Source: Syntrophales bacterium
GTDB taxonomy: Bacteria > Desulfobacterota > Desulfobaccia > Desulfobaccales > 0-14-0-80-60-11
Assembly (NCBI GenBank): GCA_028688935.1
Contig: JAQTXE010000001.1
Span: 1 to 53,207, forward strand
DNA length: 53,207 bases
Direction: 5' to 3'
Positions 8,662 through 17,291 of the stretch are shown here, in pieces. The first letter of the stretch is position 1. Each line of letters opens with the position of its first letter. A program made the position numbers and the translations under genes. The notes under the pieces were generated by a model. That model searched no databases and was not told where the DNA came from. It saw only the letters and a list, made by a program, of their open reading frames with translations.

Positions 8662-9660
8662 ATGGGAGCAATAAAAATCATGAGTCTAAATGGGCAAGAT
8701 ATGATTGATTTGATTCCCAAGAATCTCCAAATCCCGACGAGCGAGAGCATTAACTTTTGGAGAGCAAAACTTCTTGCTGCCATGATATTCGAAGTCGACC
8801 CTGATGTTGTCGGTCTTGTAGAAGCTCCTCCTGATGAAGACCGAACTCGAGCATTCGTAGATGGTTTTCTTGATGGAATATTCAATGTGCATCAAGCAGA
8901 AAAAAGAGGGGCATTAGGATTAGCCTTCTTAGTCCGAAAGACTGCAAATATTAGAGTTAACGTGCGGAGCAAGGATCAGAGTCTTAAGGATTTCAAGTTG
9001 GATGAGTTCGATTCCGACGGCGACGGGATTAGAGAGAAGTACACTTGGTGGAATCGTGTGCCTTTGGAAGCTGATTTTTCGGATGGCGGCCTCAAGGCAA
9101 AGACAACCTTCATCATAATTCACTCCAAGTCGAAGGGAGCGTTCATTCCAGGGGACCTATTTGCTTACGAACGGCTCTCGAAGGCAAACAGGATGAAGCT
9201 TCGTGCACAAGCGAATTCTGTCCGTAAAAGATTAAATCAACTGGTAGATGAAAATGGGAAGGGAAGAGTCGTTGTTATGGGGGATATGAATGACGGACCT
9301 GAGTTTGATATCCACGCAGCGCTTTTGGGTGGGTGTTTTTTAGAGCCTTTGATGGGAAGCATTTGGGACCCTGTGCGCATCTTCCACAACACGCATACAT
9401 CTTTTCCTACTAAAGACCGTTGGACCATTGATTTCCTTGATCGAGTGGTAAATCCACTTGGCTCTTCAAAATACGGCCAACCTTCAGAACTCAGGTCTTG
9501 GATTGACCATATCCTGGTGTCCCCCGAGCTAAAAAGCTCAGTGGTTCCGAATACCGCAGGAATCCTTCATAAGCAACCGAGTATTCTAGGGCTTCCCGGG
9601 AAGTTTAAAGGGGTAAGGGGCACAGACCATCATCCACCTTTTGTGGCTCTTGACCTGTGA
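8662..9660 (+). CDS. Endonuclease/exonuclease/phosphatase (EEP) family protein
   Basis: ATG 8662 is preceded by AAGGAGG (8649-8655); the track's 8491 start adds an unsupported extension. EEP motifs in order: IMSLNG, VGLVEAP, IIIHSKSKG, VVMGDMNDGPE, SWIDHILVS, GTDHHPPFVAL. Confidence 0.8.
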   Translation: MGAIKIMSLNGQDMIDLIPKNLQIPTSESINFWRAKLLAAMIFEVDPDVVGLVEAPPDEDRTRAFVDGFLDGIFNVHQAEKRGALGLAFLVRKTANIRVNVRSKDQSLKDFKLDEFDSDGDGIREKYTWWNRVPLEADFSDGGLKAKTTFIIIHSKSKGAFIPGDLFAYERLSKANRMKLRAQANSVRKRLNQLVDENGKGRVVVMGDMNDGPEFDIHAALLGGCFLEPLMGSIWDPVRIFHNTHTSFPTKDRWTIDFLDRVVNPLGSSKYGQPSELRSWIDHILVSPELKSSVVPNTAGILHKQPSILGLPGKFKGVRGTDHHPPFVALDL

Positions 9661-11531
9661 AAAAAGAACTTTTTGATTTGCAACGCTTTTATAAGGAGAT
9701 AAAGCAGATGCTGCTTTTGCAGGAACGGAAAGAACTAATTCGAATTCAAGATCAGCTTTCATCTCTTTCAAAAAGCCCTACTAAGATAACTGTTGAAGAT
9801 AACCGCAAATACTTTGACACACTGCGTGATGCATTTCGTCTTTTTGAAGATATCGTTTCCCGAGTAAATAAATCGGGGAGTGACCTTGATGGTGATGACA
9901 AGGAAAGCCTGTTTGGGACCATCGGCAATGCCATTATGGGGCTAGGTGGTGTTGCAGAGCCCTGCCCATATTCACTTAAGGATTATGACCATCTTGTTTT
10001 CGGGCCCTTCCTGGGTGTGAGTGATGAGGGAGGCGCAGTTCACGACATTCGGCGTGCAGCCATTAACTCTCCTAAGGTCCGTGCGCTCGGCACGGTCTCC
10101 CCAATTCAGGTCGGAGTTGCCCATGATGCGGAAAGGCTTGCGGCAGTTGGAGAGGTAGCTGTTGGGCCGGAGGAATATAGGGATATCATCCTGGGAAGTC
10201 AGGGCAGTATTCTTACCTCTACGAATGTTGGAACTAGGTTGAATCTACGCTACTACAAGATGCGGCCGATCCTTGGAATACCCGGAGGTTCTTTCGATGA
10301 TGCGATTAAAAATGCCACAAAAAAGCTCGGTGAACTTTTTTTGCCATTTTTGCAAACTCCGGACGGTAGGCCTAGACCTGTAACGGTGCTTGCTCGTTTT
10401 CCTATCAGGACACGATTCGCAAGGAGACTCCAAATCCTCAAGGCGCTAAATGCATCCATTGCCGGCAGTAGGTTCTGTGACCAGAGATGCCATAATTTGG
10501 GGCTTCTGGTTGATGTTTCAAGTGGGCAGAGGGGGTTGAATTTTGTAAAAGCCTCCATCGATCTGGCAAAGGAAGCAGGGATCACGGAGGTCGCAATACA
10601 AGGGCAAATCAGGTGGGAAGCTGAAAACAAGATCTCCATGCCTGGACTTCTAAATTACTTCCGGCCCGAACATGTCTCCGAGCTGATAGAATATGCCCAG
10701 AAAATAGGTGTGAGCTTGACCGCCAAAAATCTGGTAGATCCGGATACTGTGGCCCGAAATGTTTGGAGTAGCCTCCAGGCTGCGCGCAACATGGGCCTGC
10801 ACTTAGGCAAATACGGCTTGTTCCCGCTCACTTTCGAAGAATGTGATAAAGTTATGGGGCTTGTGCAGCGCTGGTTCTCTCATTGGTCGGCAGCTCCAGT
10901 CTTTTATCTGGATTTTCCACATATGAGCGAGAGCCATGTCTCCGCTGAAAAAGAAATTGATAAGGGTGCAAAAAGGTGGCTAGATATCGTTGCCAGGCAC
11001 GATATTCTAGTGGTTCTCCTCGACACCGCTGACAAAGATAAGGGGCGGAAATTGATCAAGAAAAGCCATGGAGACCGGGTCGGCATCTTAACCCTGGAGC
11101 AGCTTTCTGATATTGATCATTATGCGAATGAGCGGGGGATACGATGTCTGTGGGCCGGCGGCATAACGCTTCTGCAAGCCTTCGAACTTGGGAAGCTCAA
11201 GGTTTTTGGCATCTATGTGACCACTTCCACCGCAGAAATTCGACCCATCTCGGAACAATATGCCTCTGACCTCATGCTGACTGCCGAGAGAAAGCCGACT
11301 TTCCAGGGCGTTTATCGGGCCAAGGTTCTGCTGGAAGCTGGATTTCTGGTTACCCGCCTTAAGGAATTGAACCTACCTGCTGAGGCCGGGGCCCTCGATG
11401 AAGAGGCAACCAGACTGATCAGGATCATCGACAAAGCGGCCTCCGATGAACAAATAAACCCCATTGTGGAGCAAGTGGCTGGCCTTGCTCAAACTGCTTG
11501 GGCAAAGCATTTCAAAAGCCAGGTTGCCTAG
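9657..11531 (+). CDS. Uncharacterised 624-aa protein; C-terminal half TIM-barrel-like, with MfnB/DUF556-like motifs (tentative)
   Basis: GTG start overlaps the EEP stop (GTGA). Alternating beta/alpha pattern LGLLVDVSS / ITEVAIQG / VSLTAKNLVDPDTV...LHLGKYGL / PVFYLDF / ILVVLLDTADKDKG / IRCLWAGGI / VFGIYVTTS. The resemblance to DUF556 is from memory only. The N-terminal ~280 aa match nothing I recognise. Confidence 0.3.
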   Translation: MKKELFDLQRFYKEIKQMLLLQERKELIRIQDQLSSLSKSPTKITVEDNRKYFDTLRDAFRLFEDIVSRVNKSGSDLDGDDKESLFGTIGNAIMGLGGVAEPCPYSLKDYDHLVFGPFLGVSDEGGAVHDIRRAAINSPKVRALGTVSPIQVGVAHDAERLAAVGEVAVGPEEYRDIILGSQGSILTSTNVGTRLNLRYYKMRPILGIPGGSFDDAIKNATKKLGELFLPFLQTPDGRPRPVTVLARFPIRTRFARRLQILKALNASIAGSRFCDQRCHNLGLLVDVSSGQRGLNFVKASIDLAKEAGITEVAIQGQIRWEAENKISMPGLLNYFRPEHVSELIEYAQKIGVSLTAKNLVDPDTVARNVWSSLQAARNMGLHLGKYGLFPLTFEECDKVMGLVQRWFSHWSAAPVFYLDFPHMSESHVSAEKEIDKGAKRWLDIVARHDILVVLLDTADKDKGRKLIKKSHGDRVGILTLEQLSDIDHYANERGIRCLWAGGITLLQAFELGKLKVFGIYVTTSTAEIRPISEQYASDLMLTAERKPTFQGVYRAKVLLEAGFLVTRLKELNLPAEAGALDEEATRLIRIIDKAASDEQINPIVEQVAGLAQTAWAKHFKSQVA

Positions 11532-11574
11532 TTTTTCTTGATCGGGCCGGCCTCGACCCACCGAGGAGCAATGC

Positions 11575-12405
11575 ATGACAAGAAAAGGGAAGAATCACCT
11601 AAAGGGTGCGCGGGTCTATCTCTCCGGCCCGATGGATTTTGTCGCCTCAAGGGCCAAGGAGAAGAAATTTGGCTGGCGCAACCGCATCGGTCAGTTCCTA
11701 AAGTCATATGGAGTTACCGTTTTTGATCCCTGGAATAAGCCGGCAATCAGAGGGCTTCTTGAATACGGCAAAGAAGATGAAAAGAGCGCGGAAGCCAGGA
11801 AAAAATGGACTTTCGACCCCGGAGAGAAGGGCATCCAGGCGAGAGGCGAATGTGCCTCGAATTTTTGGGAAACACTCCACATAGATCTAAGGATGGTGGA
11901 CATCAGCGATTTTGTCATCGCCTATTGCCCAACCAATATCTACAGCGTCGGCACGGTTCACGAAATCGTGGTAGCCAGGCAAGAGAGAAAACCTGTGCTT
12001 TTTGTCAGCCCCCCAGTCTCTTTTCCCACCTTGAAGGAGCTTGAAAAGGAGTTAGAGGGGCATCGCCAGGCCTTGAATCTGTTGAAAAAGCTCAAAGACG
12101 AACTTCCTGTAAAAGAGAACGAGCGTGGCATCCCCAGTTTATGGTATATGCCTCTGGTAAGCACTGAGGGCTTTTTCGATGGCTTCGGCTTCAATGACAA
12201 GAAGCACGCCAATAAGTTCAAATGGCAGATGGGATCGGAGCTTGACGAAAGGGAACTGAAATGCCCTCCCAGACGTCCATTGCTCCCATATTTAGAATCC
12301 ATCGCCTCTGGCGATTTCCCCAAAAAATGGGATCATCGGTCTAACAAGTTGATACTGAACGATGACTGGCTACTTATGGAGCAGGCATTGCAAATTGGGC
12401 CTTAA
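11575..12405 (+). CDS. Nucleoside 2-deoxyribosyltransferase-like superfamily protein (NDT/Rcl/DUF4406 clan) with ~120-aa C-terminal extension
   Basis: 276 aa. GARVYLSGPMDF...GWRNRIGQFLKSYGVTVFDPW, then DISDFVIAYCPTNIYSVGTVHEIVVARQERKPVLFV. This gives the glycine-rich first strand and the GT-x-x-E catalytic-Glu region typical of the clan. Confidence 0.55.
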   Translation: MTRKGKNHLKGARVYLSGPMDFVASRAKEKKFGWRNRIGQFLKSYGVTVFDPWNKPAIRGLLEYGKEDEKSAEARKKWTFDPGEKGIQARGECASNFWETLHIDLRMVDISDFVIAYCPTNIYSVGTVHEIVVARQERKPVLFVSPPVSFPTLKELEKELEGHRQALNLLKKLKDELPVKENERGIPSLWYMPLVSTEGFFDGFGFNDKKHANKFKWQMGSELDERELKCPPRRPLLPYLESIASGDFPKKWDHRSNKLILNDDWLLMEQALQIGP

Positions 12406-12539
12406 AAGCATTTTTTCCATAAGAGAGTTAACCTTCTTTATATTTGTATTATATTTAGATAAGGATTTTAATTATCAGTGGTTGATTGTACTGCATTTAT
12501 TTAGATATTTCTATGCATATCAGCAAGAGAGGAATTAGC

Positions 12540-13829
12540 ATGTACATCTTTGAAGTTAAAATTAGCAATATTATGAGTTTCGATGACATCACTTTATCAA
12601 TTGAAAATAGTAAAAGTCCTTGTTTCTGGAATGTTATCCTTGGAGATAATTCCACGGGCAAAAGCTCAGTCCTTAGGTGCATAGCCATAGGACTTTCTGA
12701 TCAAAATACTGCCGCCACGTTAATAAAATCTTGGGGTGCCGACCTCCTGAGAGATAATAATAAGCCTGGGAAGATTATTGTCACGCTTGGTAAAGAAGGT
12801 TCTGGTCCTTTATTTACAATAACAACAAGAATTATTCCAAAGTATTCTATGGAACTGGTGCAACCTAAAATAATACGTCCCAAGGAGTATGAAGCTTATT
12901 TTTGGAATGAGCTTTTCATCTGTGGTTATGGGATTCAAAGATCAGGTGGTGGCTCTGAAATTTCTCATAAATATTCACCTTTAGAAGCAGTTATGACTTT
13001 GTTTGATTATTACTATCCCATTCAAAATATAGAATTAATATTACATAGAATATCGAGGGAGAGACCAGACCGGGAAAATAAAATATTAACATTAATAAAA
13101 GAAGTACTCATGCTGGACGAAGATCAATCCATTATATTAACTCCAAAAGGCCTAAAGTTCATATTCGATGGTAGAGAAGTATTCCTTGATTATATAGGTG
13201 ATGGCTATTCTGGCACGGCAACCTGGCTTATCGATTTTTTGGGGTGGCAACTTTATGCTGATCGTATGAGTAAAGACCAACAACTATCGGATCTAGTAGG
13301 GATAATACTCTTAGATGAGCTCGAGTTAGCATTACATCCTAAGTTACAAAGAAATATTGTAAGGAATCTTAAGGAGCATTTTCCGAAAGTCCAGTTTATT
13401 GTGACAACTCATTCTCCCATAATCGCTGCTGGTGCGGCTGATTTTCAAGATGCACGACTTTTTCCTTTTAGACTTGACAAGGATAAGACAATATTAATCG
13501 AAGATATCCCTTCTTTAAGAGGCCGAAGTGTGGATCAAGTGCTTTCATCCATGGTATTCGGTATGTACATAACTCTAAGCCCTGGGAGCGTTAGTGACAT
13601 TGATCGATTCTCAGAACTGATGAGTAAGTCCCGAGACCAGAATGAAGAGACTGAATTTCAAAAATTAAGAAAAATTCTTGAAGACGCTATGCCAATTGGT
13701 ACTACTGAGGCTGAGAGGCTTGTAGAGAAAGCAATCCTTGATGCTTTGGAAAAACTGCTGAATGAGAAGCCTAGTAAAGACTTAGAGTTGATTATGAAGG
13801 ATAAACTAAATAAATTGGATAAATATTAG
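12540..13829 (+). CDS. ptuA: Septu-type AAA/ABC-like ATPase (PtuA-like)
   Basis: ATG 12540 with an AGAGAGGA RBS. Walker A ILGDNSTGKSSVL, Walker B/D-loop IILLDELELALHP, and IVTTHSPII. It is followed 10 nt later by an HNH gene, which is the Septu gene pair. Confidence 0.7.
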   Translation: MYIFEVKISNIMSFDDITLSIENSKSPCFWNVILGDNSTGKSSVLRCIAIGLSDQNTAATLIKSWGADLLRDNNKPGKIIVTLGKEGSGPLFTITTRIIPKYSMELVQPKIIRPKEYEAYFWNELFICGYGIQRSGGGSEISHKYSPLEAVMTLFDYYYPIQNIELILHRISRERPDRENKILTLIKEVLMLDEDQSIILTPKGLKFIFDGREVFLDYIGDGYSGTATWLIDFLGWQLYADRMSKDQQLSDLVGIILLDELELALHPKLQRNIVRNLKEHFPKVQFIVTTHSPIIAAGAADFQDARLFPFRLDKDKTILIEDIPSLRGRSVDQVLSSMVFGMYITLSPGSVSDIDRFSELMSKSRDQNEETEFQKLRKILEDAMPIGTTEAERLVEKAILDALEKLLNEKPSKDLELIMKDKLNKLDKY

Positions 13830-13839
13830 AAGGCCAGCG

Positions 13840-14685
13840 ATGGTTAAGATTGAGTTTAAAGAGCCAGATACGCCTGTGTGGAAAAGGTGGCGAAGGGATT
13901 GCGCTACTGCTACAACTAAAGTTGTTTCAGCTGTACGTGAGGGTGAAAAGCCTGACATTAGAAATATTTATAAAAGAGCGAATATCAAGCAATCATTTTA
14001 TATGTCGATTGATGGGCCTTTTCATGGTAAGTGCGCTTATTGCGAGACACTTATTGTTGCGGATCAGTATGGGGATATTGAGCATTTCAGACCAGCACGA
14101 GCAGTTACAGATGAACTTGGCAAGCCGATAACATTCACTAAGGGGCATGGTGAAGTTCTAGAACATCCTGGCTACTACTGGCTTGCATACGATATCAGCA
14201 ACCTGCTCCCTTCATGCGAATTGTGTAATAGGCCAAACCCTAAGGGAATTGAAGAGAATGTAGTTGGGAAGCATAATAAATTTCCTCTTAAACAAGGTTC
14301 ACATGCCACATCTCCTGGAAATGAAGCTAATGAGGAACCTCTGTTAATCAATCCAATCCATGAGAATCCAGAGAATCATCTGAAGGTGGATTTCAAAACG
14401 TTTATGTTTGGAGGGGATGATCGAGGTCAGTGTTGCATACGAATATTCGGTTTAAATATTCGACCTGGCTTAGCGGCAAACCGTCGGACTGCCTACCAAG
14501 CCACCCTATCATGTTTGAACAAGTACATAAACAGTGTAGACGAGAAAGAAACGAAAGAATGTTTAGACGAACTTTGTGACATCGTAGCGGGCAAGAAGCC
14601 CTATTCTTTTATTGGTAGGGCTATTATTAAGAGCAAATTTCCATCTTTTTTTGGAGATTTGGAAGGAATGGTCTCTTCTATATAA
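13840..14685 (+). CDS. ptuB: Septu-type HNH endonuclease (PtuB-like)
   Basis: 281 aa. HGKCAYCETLI...GDIEHFRPARAV...YYWLAYDISNLLPSCELCNR gives the CxxC...H...CxxC-N HNH core in the arrangement seen in PtuB / TIGR02646-type proteins. Confidence 0.7.
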   Translation: MVKIEFKEPDTPVWKRWRRDCATATTKVVSAVREGEKPDIRNIYKRANIKQSFYMSIDGPFHGKCAYCETLIVADQYGDIEHFRPARAVTDELGKPITFTKGHGEVLEHPGYYWLAYDISNLLPSCELCNRPNPKGIEENVVGKHNKFPLKQGSHATSPGNEANEEPLLINPIHENPENHLKVDFKTFMFGGDDRGQCCIRIFGLNIRPGLAANRRTAYQATLSCLNKYINSVDEKETKECLDELCDIVAGKKPYSFIGRAIIKSKFPSFFGDLEGMVSSI

Positions 14686-14703
14686 TTTAGTGTGTGAATT
14701 AAA

Positions 14704-15870
14704 ATGTCATTTTTAATTGATACTTATATAAGCAATGTTAAAAGTCCTGCATTCGTATATAATGAAAATGAGATTTTATCAAAAATAAATATAATAAAAA
14801 ATATAAGTAAATTAGCGTCATGCAAAATTTATTTCCCTTTGAAAGCGTTTTCCTTTCCCGATGCATTAAAATTCATGGGAGAATACATTGATGGTTTTTC
14901 AGCAAGTTCGTTGTTTGAGGCAAGATTAGCGTTTGAAATGATAAATGCTAAAGAGAAGTCGATTCATATTACATCTCCTTTTATAGTTGATGAGGAACTA
15001 TCTTCTGTCATTACATATTGTAATTCTATTTCATTTAACTCTTTGGGGCAATGGCAGAGACTTCGTGGAATGGCTAAAGATAAGATTAGTTGCGGTCTCA
15101 GGATAAATCCAGGAAGTTTGTTTGTTAAAGACGTTAGGTATGATCCGTGCAGAAGACATTCCAAGTTAGGTATTCCGATAAAAATACTATCATCAAATTT
15201 CAATAAACATTCTGATTGGATGGAAGGTGTTAGTGGATTACATTTTCATACTAACTGTGAGTCAACAAATTTTGGAGAATTATTGGCAACTGTTAATTTA
15301 ATATGCAAGCACCTTCCACAGGTTCTTGACAGAATTGACTGGATTAACATTGGAGGAGGTTATCTTTTTGAGTCTGAACAAGATTTTGAGCATTTTATAG
15401 AGGCTGTCCTATTCTTAAAAAAGAAATTCGATATCCAAGTTATTTTTGAACCTGGGAAAGGAATAATTGGACAAGCTGGCTCAATTGTTTCAACAGTTGT
15501 AGACATTTTTTTAAATGACGGGCATAACATAGCAATCCTTGACACAACCACAAACCACATGCCTGAGGTTTTTGAATATCAATTCAAGCCTGATGTTGCT
15601 CAGGAGTCCGATGAAGGAAAGTACTCTTATATATTGGCCGGATCTACCTGCCTGGCTGGGGATATATTCGGCGAGTACCGTTTTGACAAGCCACTGAAAA
15701 TAGGTTCACGGATAGTCTTTGAAAACATGGGCGCATACACGCTGGTCAAAGCCAATATGTTTAATGGCATCAATCTTCCGACGATTTATGCATACACCCA
15801 GGATGGGAAGCTCGAAATGAAAAGGCAATTTACCTACGACGATTTCCTGTCGCGATGCGGGGGCAGATAG
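14704..15870 (+). CDS. nspC: Carboxynorspermidine/carboxyspermidine decarboxylase-like PLP enzyme (NspC family)
   Basis: 388 aa. SPAFVYNE, YFPLKAFSF, SASSLFEARLA, GLRINPG, HSKLGI, GLHFHTNCES, INIGGGY, FEPGKGI, AGSTCLAGDIFGEY, FENMGAYT, FNGINLPTIY. This is the full motif series of the fold-type III CANSDC family. Confidence 0.8.
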   Translation: MSFLIDTYISNVKSPAFVYNENEILSKINIIKNISKLASCKIYFPLKAFSFPDALKFMGEYIDGFSASSLFEARLAFEMINAKEKSIHITSPFIVDEELSSVITYCNSISFNSLGQWQRLRGMAKDKISCGLRINPGSLFVKDVRYDPCRRHSKLGIPIKILSSNFNKHSDWMEGVSGLHFHTNCESTNFGELLATVNLICKHLPQVLDRIDWINIGGGYLFESEQDFEHFIEAVLFLKKKFDIQVIFEPGKGIIGQAGSIVSTVVDIFLNDGHNIAILDTTTNHMPEVFEYQFKPDVAQESDEGKYSYILAGSTCLAGDIFGEYRFDKPLKIGSRIVFENMGAYTLVKANMFNGINLPTIYAYTQDGKLEMKRQFTYDDFLSRCGGR

Positions 15871-15872
15871 CG

Positions 15873-17291
15873 ATGATTCTTTATGAAAAGGAAATTACGG
15901 TTCCGTTAGTCGGACACCATGAAAGGTTATTGGACCACCTATCGGAAGTAATTCTGGAGAGACTGCCCAGATCCGAGATACCCGTTCGAGTCGCGGTTAC
16001 GCTAACCGACGAGAAAGGCTACCATTGTGAGCTGGGCATCCTTTCTGGCGCTGACCATTTTTTCGATGAAATGAGAGGCGCTATTTTTCAGTTCCAGAGG
16101 AGGGGTTTCGAGAATACCGGGCAATTCAATGCAGTATTGATCGTTCCTACGGGGGTCGGGGCCGAAATAGGAGGACATTCAGGGGATGCGGGGTCTGTTG
16201 CCAGGCTTCTGGCTTCTGCTTGTGACAACCTGATCACCCATCCCAATGTGGTCAATGCGTCAGATATCAATGAGCTTCCTGAAAATGGGCTTTATGTTGA
16301 AGGAAGCGTGCTGGCCCGATTTCTAATGGGAACGGTCAGCCTCCAGAAGGTTAGAGCAAATAGAGTCCTTTTGGTCATAGACAAACATGCAGATAAGTTC
16401 TTCTATGAATCTGCCGTGAACTCGGCCTCGGCCGCCAGGTCCTCACTGGGCTTGGATTGTCCGGGGGTGGTAATGCTCGAAGATAAAATGCTGATGCGGT
16501 CGTTATATTCCAGTTCTGGAAGGGCGGTTGGCAAGATCGACTATTTCGAGCGCGTATATGATGTGTTGACGAAGTACCGTCCCCAGTATGACGCCGTTGC
16601 CCTGTCTTCCGTGATCAAAGTACCGGAGAATTTCCACACTGACTATTATCTCAAAGACATGATCAATCCCTGGGGAGGCGTGGAGGCCATGCTGACCCAC
16701 GCCATCTCTTTGATGTTTAATATTCCCTCGGCTCATTCTCCCATGTTGGAGACACGGCAAATACTGGACCTTGAGTTGGGAGTGATCGACCCCAGAAAGG
16801 CTGCGGAGATTGTCTCTGTGACCTTCCTGCATTCCATCCTTAAAGGTTTGCAAAAGAGTCCGAAGATATTGAATGGCATGGCGCCTCTCGGTTGTCCCGG
16901 GGTATTAACGGCAGCCGATGTCTCTTGTGTAATCATCCCGGACGGTTGCATGGGTCTGCCCATTCTTGCAGCCCTGGAACAAGGGATACCGGTCATCGCC
17001 GTGAGAGAAAACAAAAATAGAATGCGGAACAATCTCGAAGAGTTTCCTTTCGACACAGGGCGGCTTTTCTTGGTAGATAATTATCTTGAAGCGGTCGGGG
17101 TGATGAGCGCCCTCAAGGCAGGAGTCTCTGTGGAGTCGGTAAGACGACCGCTAAAATACACAAATGTCTATGAAGAAACGGCCTCCTGCGCCGCGAGAGA
17201 AACCAGCAAGAAGCCATTGAAGTTTGCGAAAGGAATTGATGATGTTGAAGAGGATTTACTCCGAAAGGAAGGAAGTAAGGCGGTCAGGTGA
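15873..17291 (+). CDS. DUF3326-like protein
   Basis: ATG 15873 lies 2 nt after the nspC stop. The motifs LIVPTGVGAEIGGHSGDAG and INPWGGVEA match my recollection of the DUF3326 signature. No known function. Confidence 0.5.
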   Translation: MILYEKEITVPLVGHHERLLDHLSEVILERLPRSEIPVRVAVTLTDEKGYHCELGILSGADHFFDEMRGAIFQFQRRGFENTGQFNAVLIVPTGVGAEIGGHSGDAGSVARLLASACDNLITHPNVVNASDINELPENGLYVEGSVLARFLMGTVSLQKVRANRVLLVIDKHADKFFYESAVNSASAARSSLGLDCPGVVMLEDKMLMRSLYSSSGRAVGKIDYFERVYDVLTKYRPQYDAVALSSVIKVPENFHTDYYLKDMINPWGGVEAMLTHAISLMFNIPSAHSPMLETRQILDLELGVIDPRKAAEIVSVTFLHSILKGLQKSPKILNGMAPLGCPGVLTAADVSCVIIPDGCMGLPILAALEQGIPVIAVRENKNRMRNNLEEFPFDTGRLFLVDNYLEAVGVMSALKAGVSVESVRRPLKYTNVYEETASCAARETSKKPLKFAKGIDDVEEDLLRKEGSKAVR

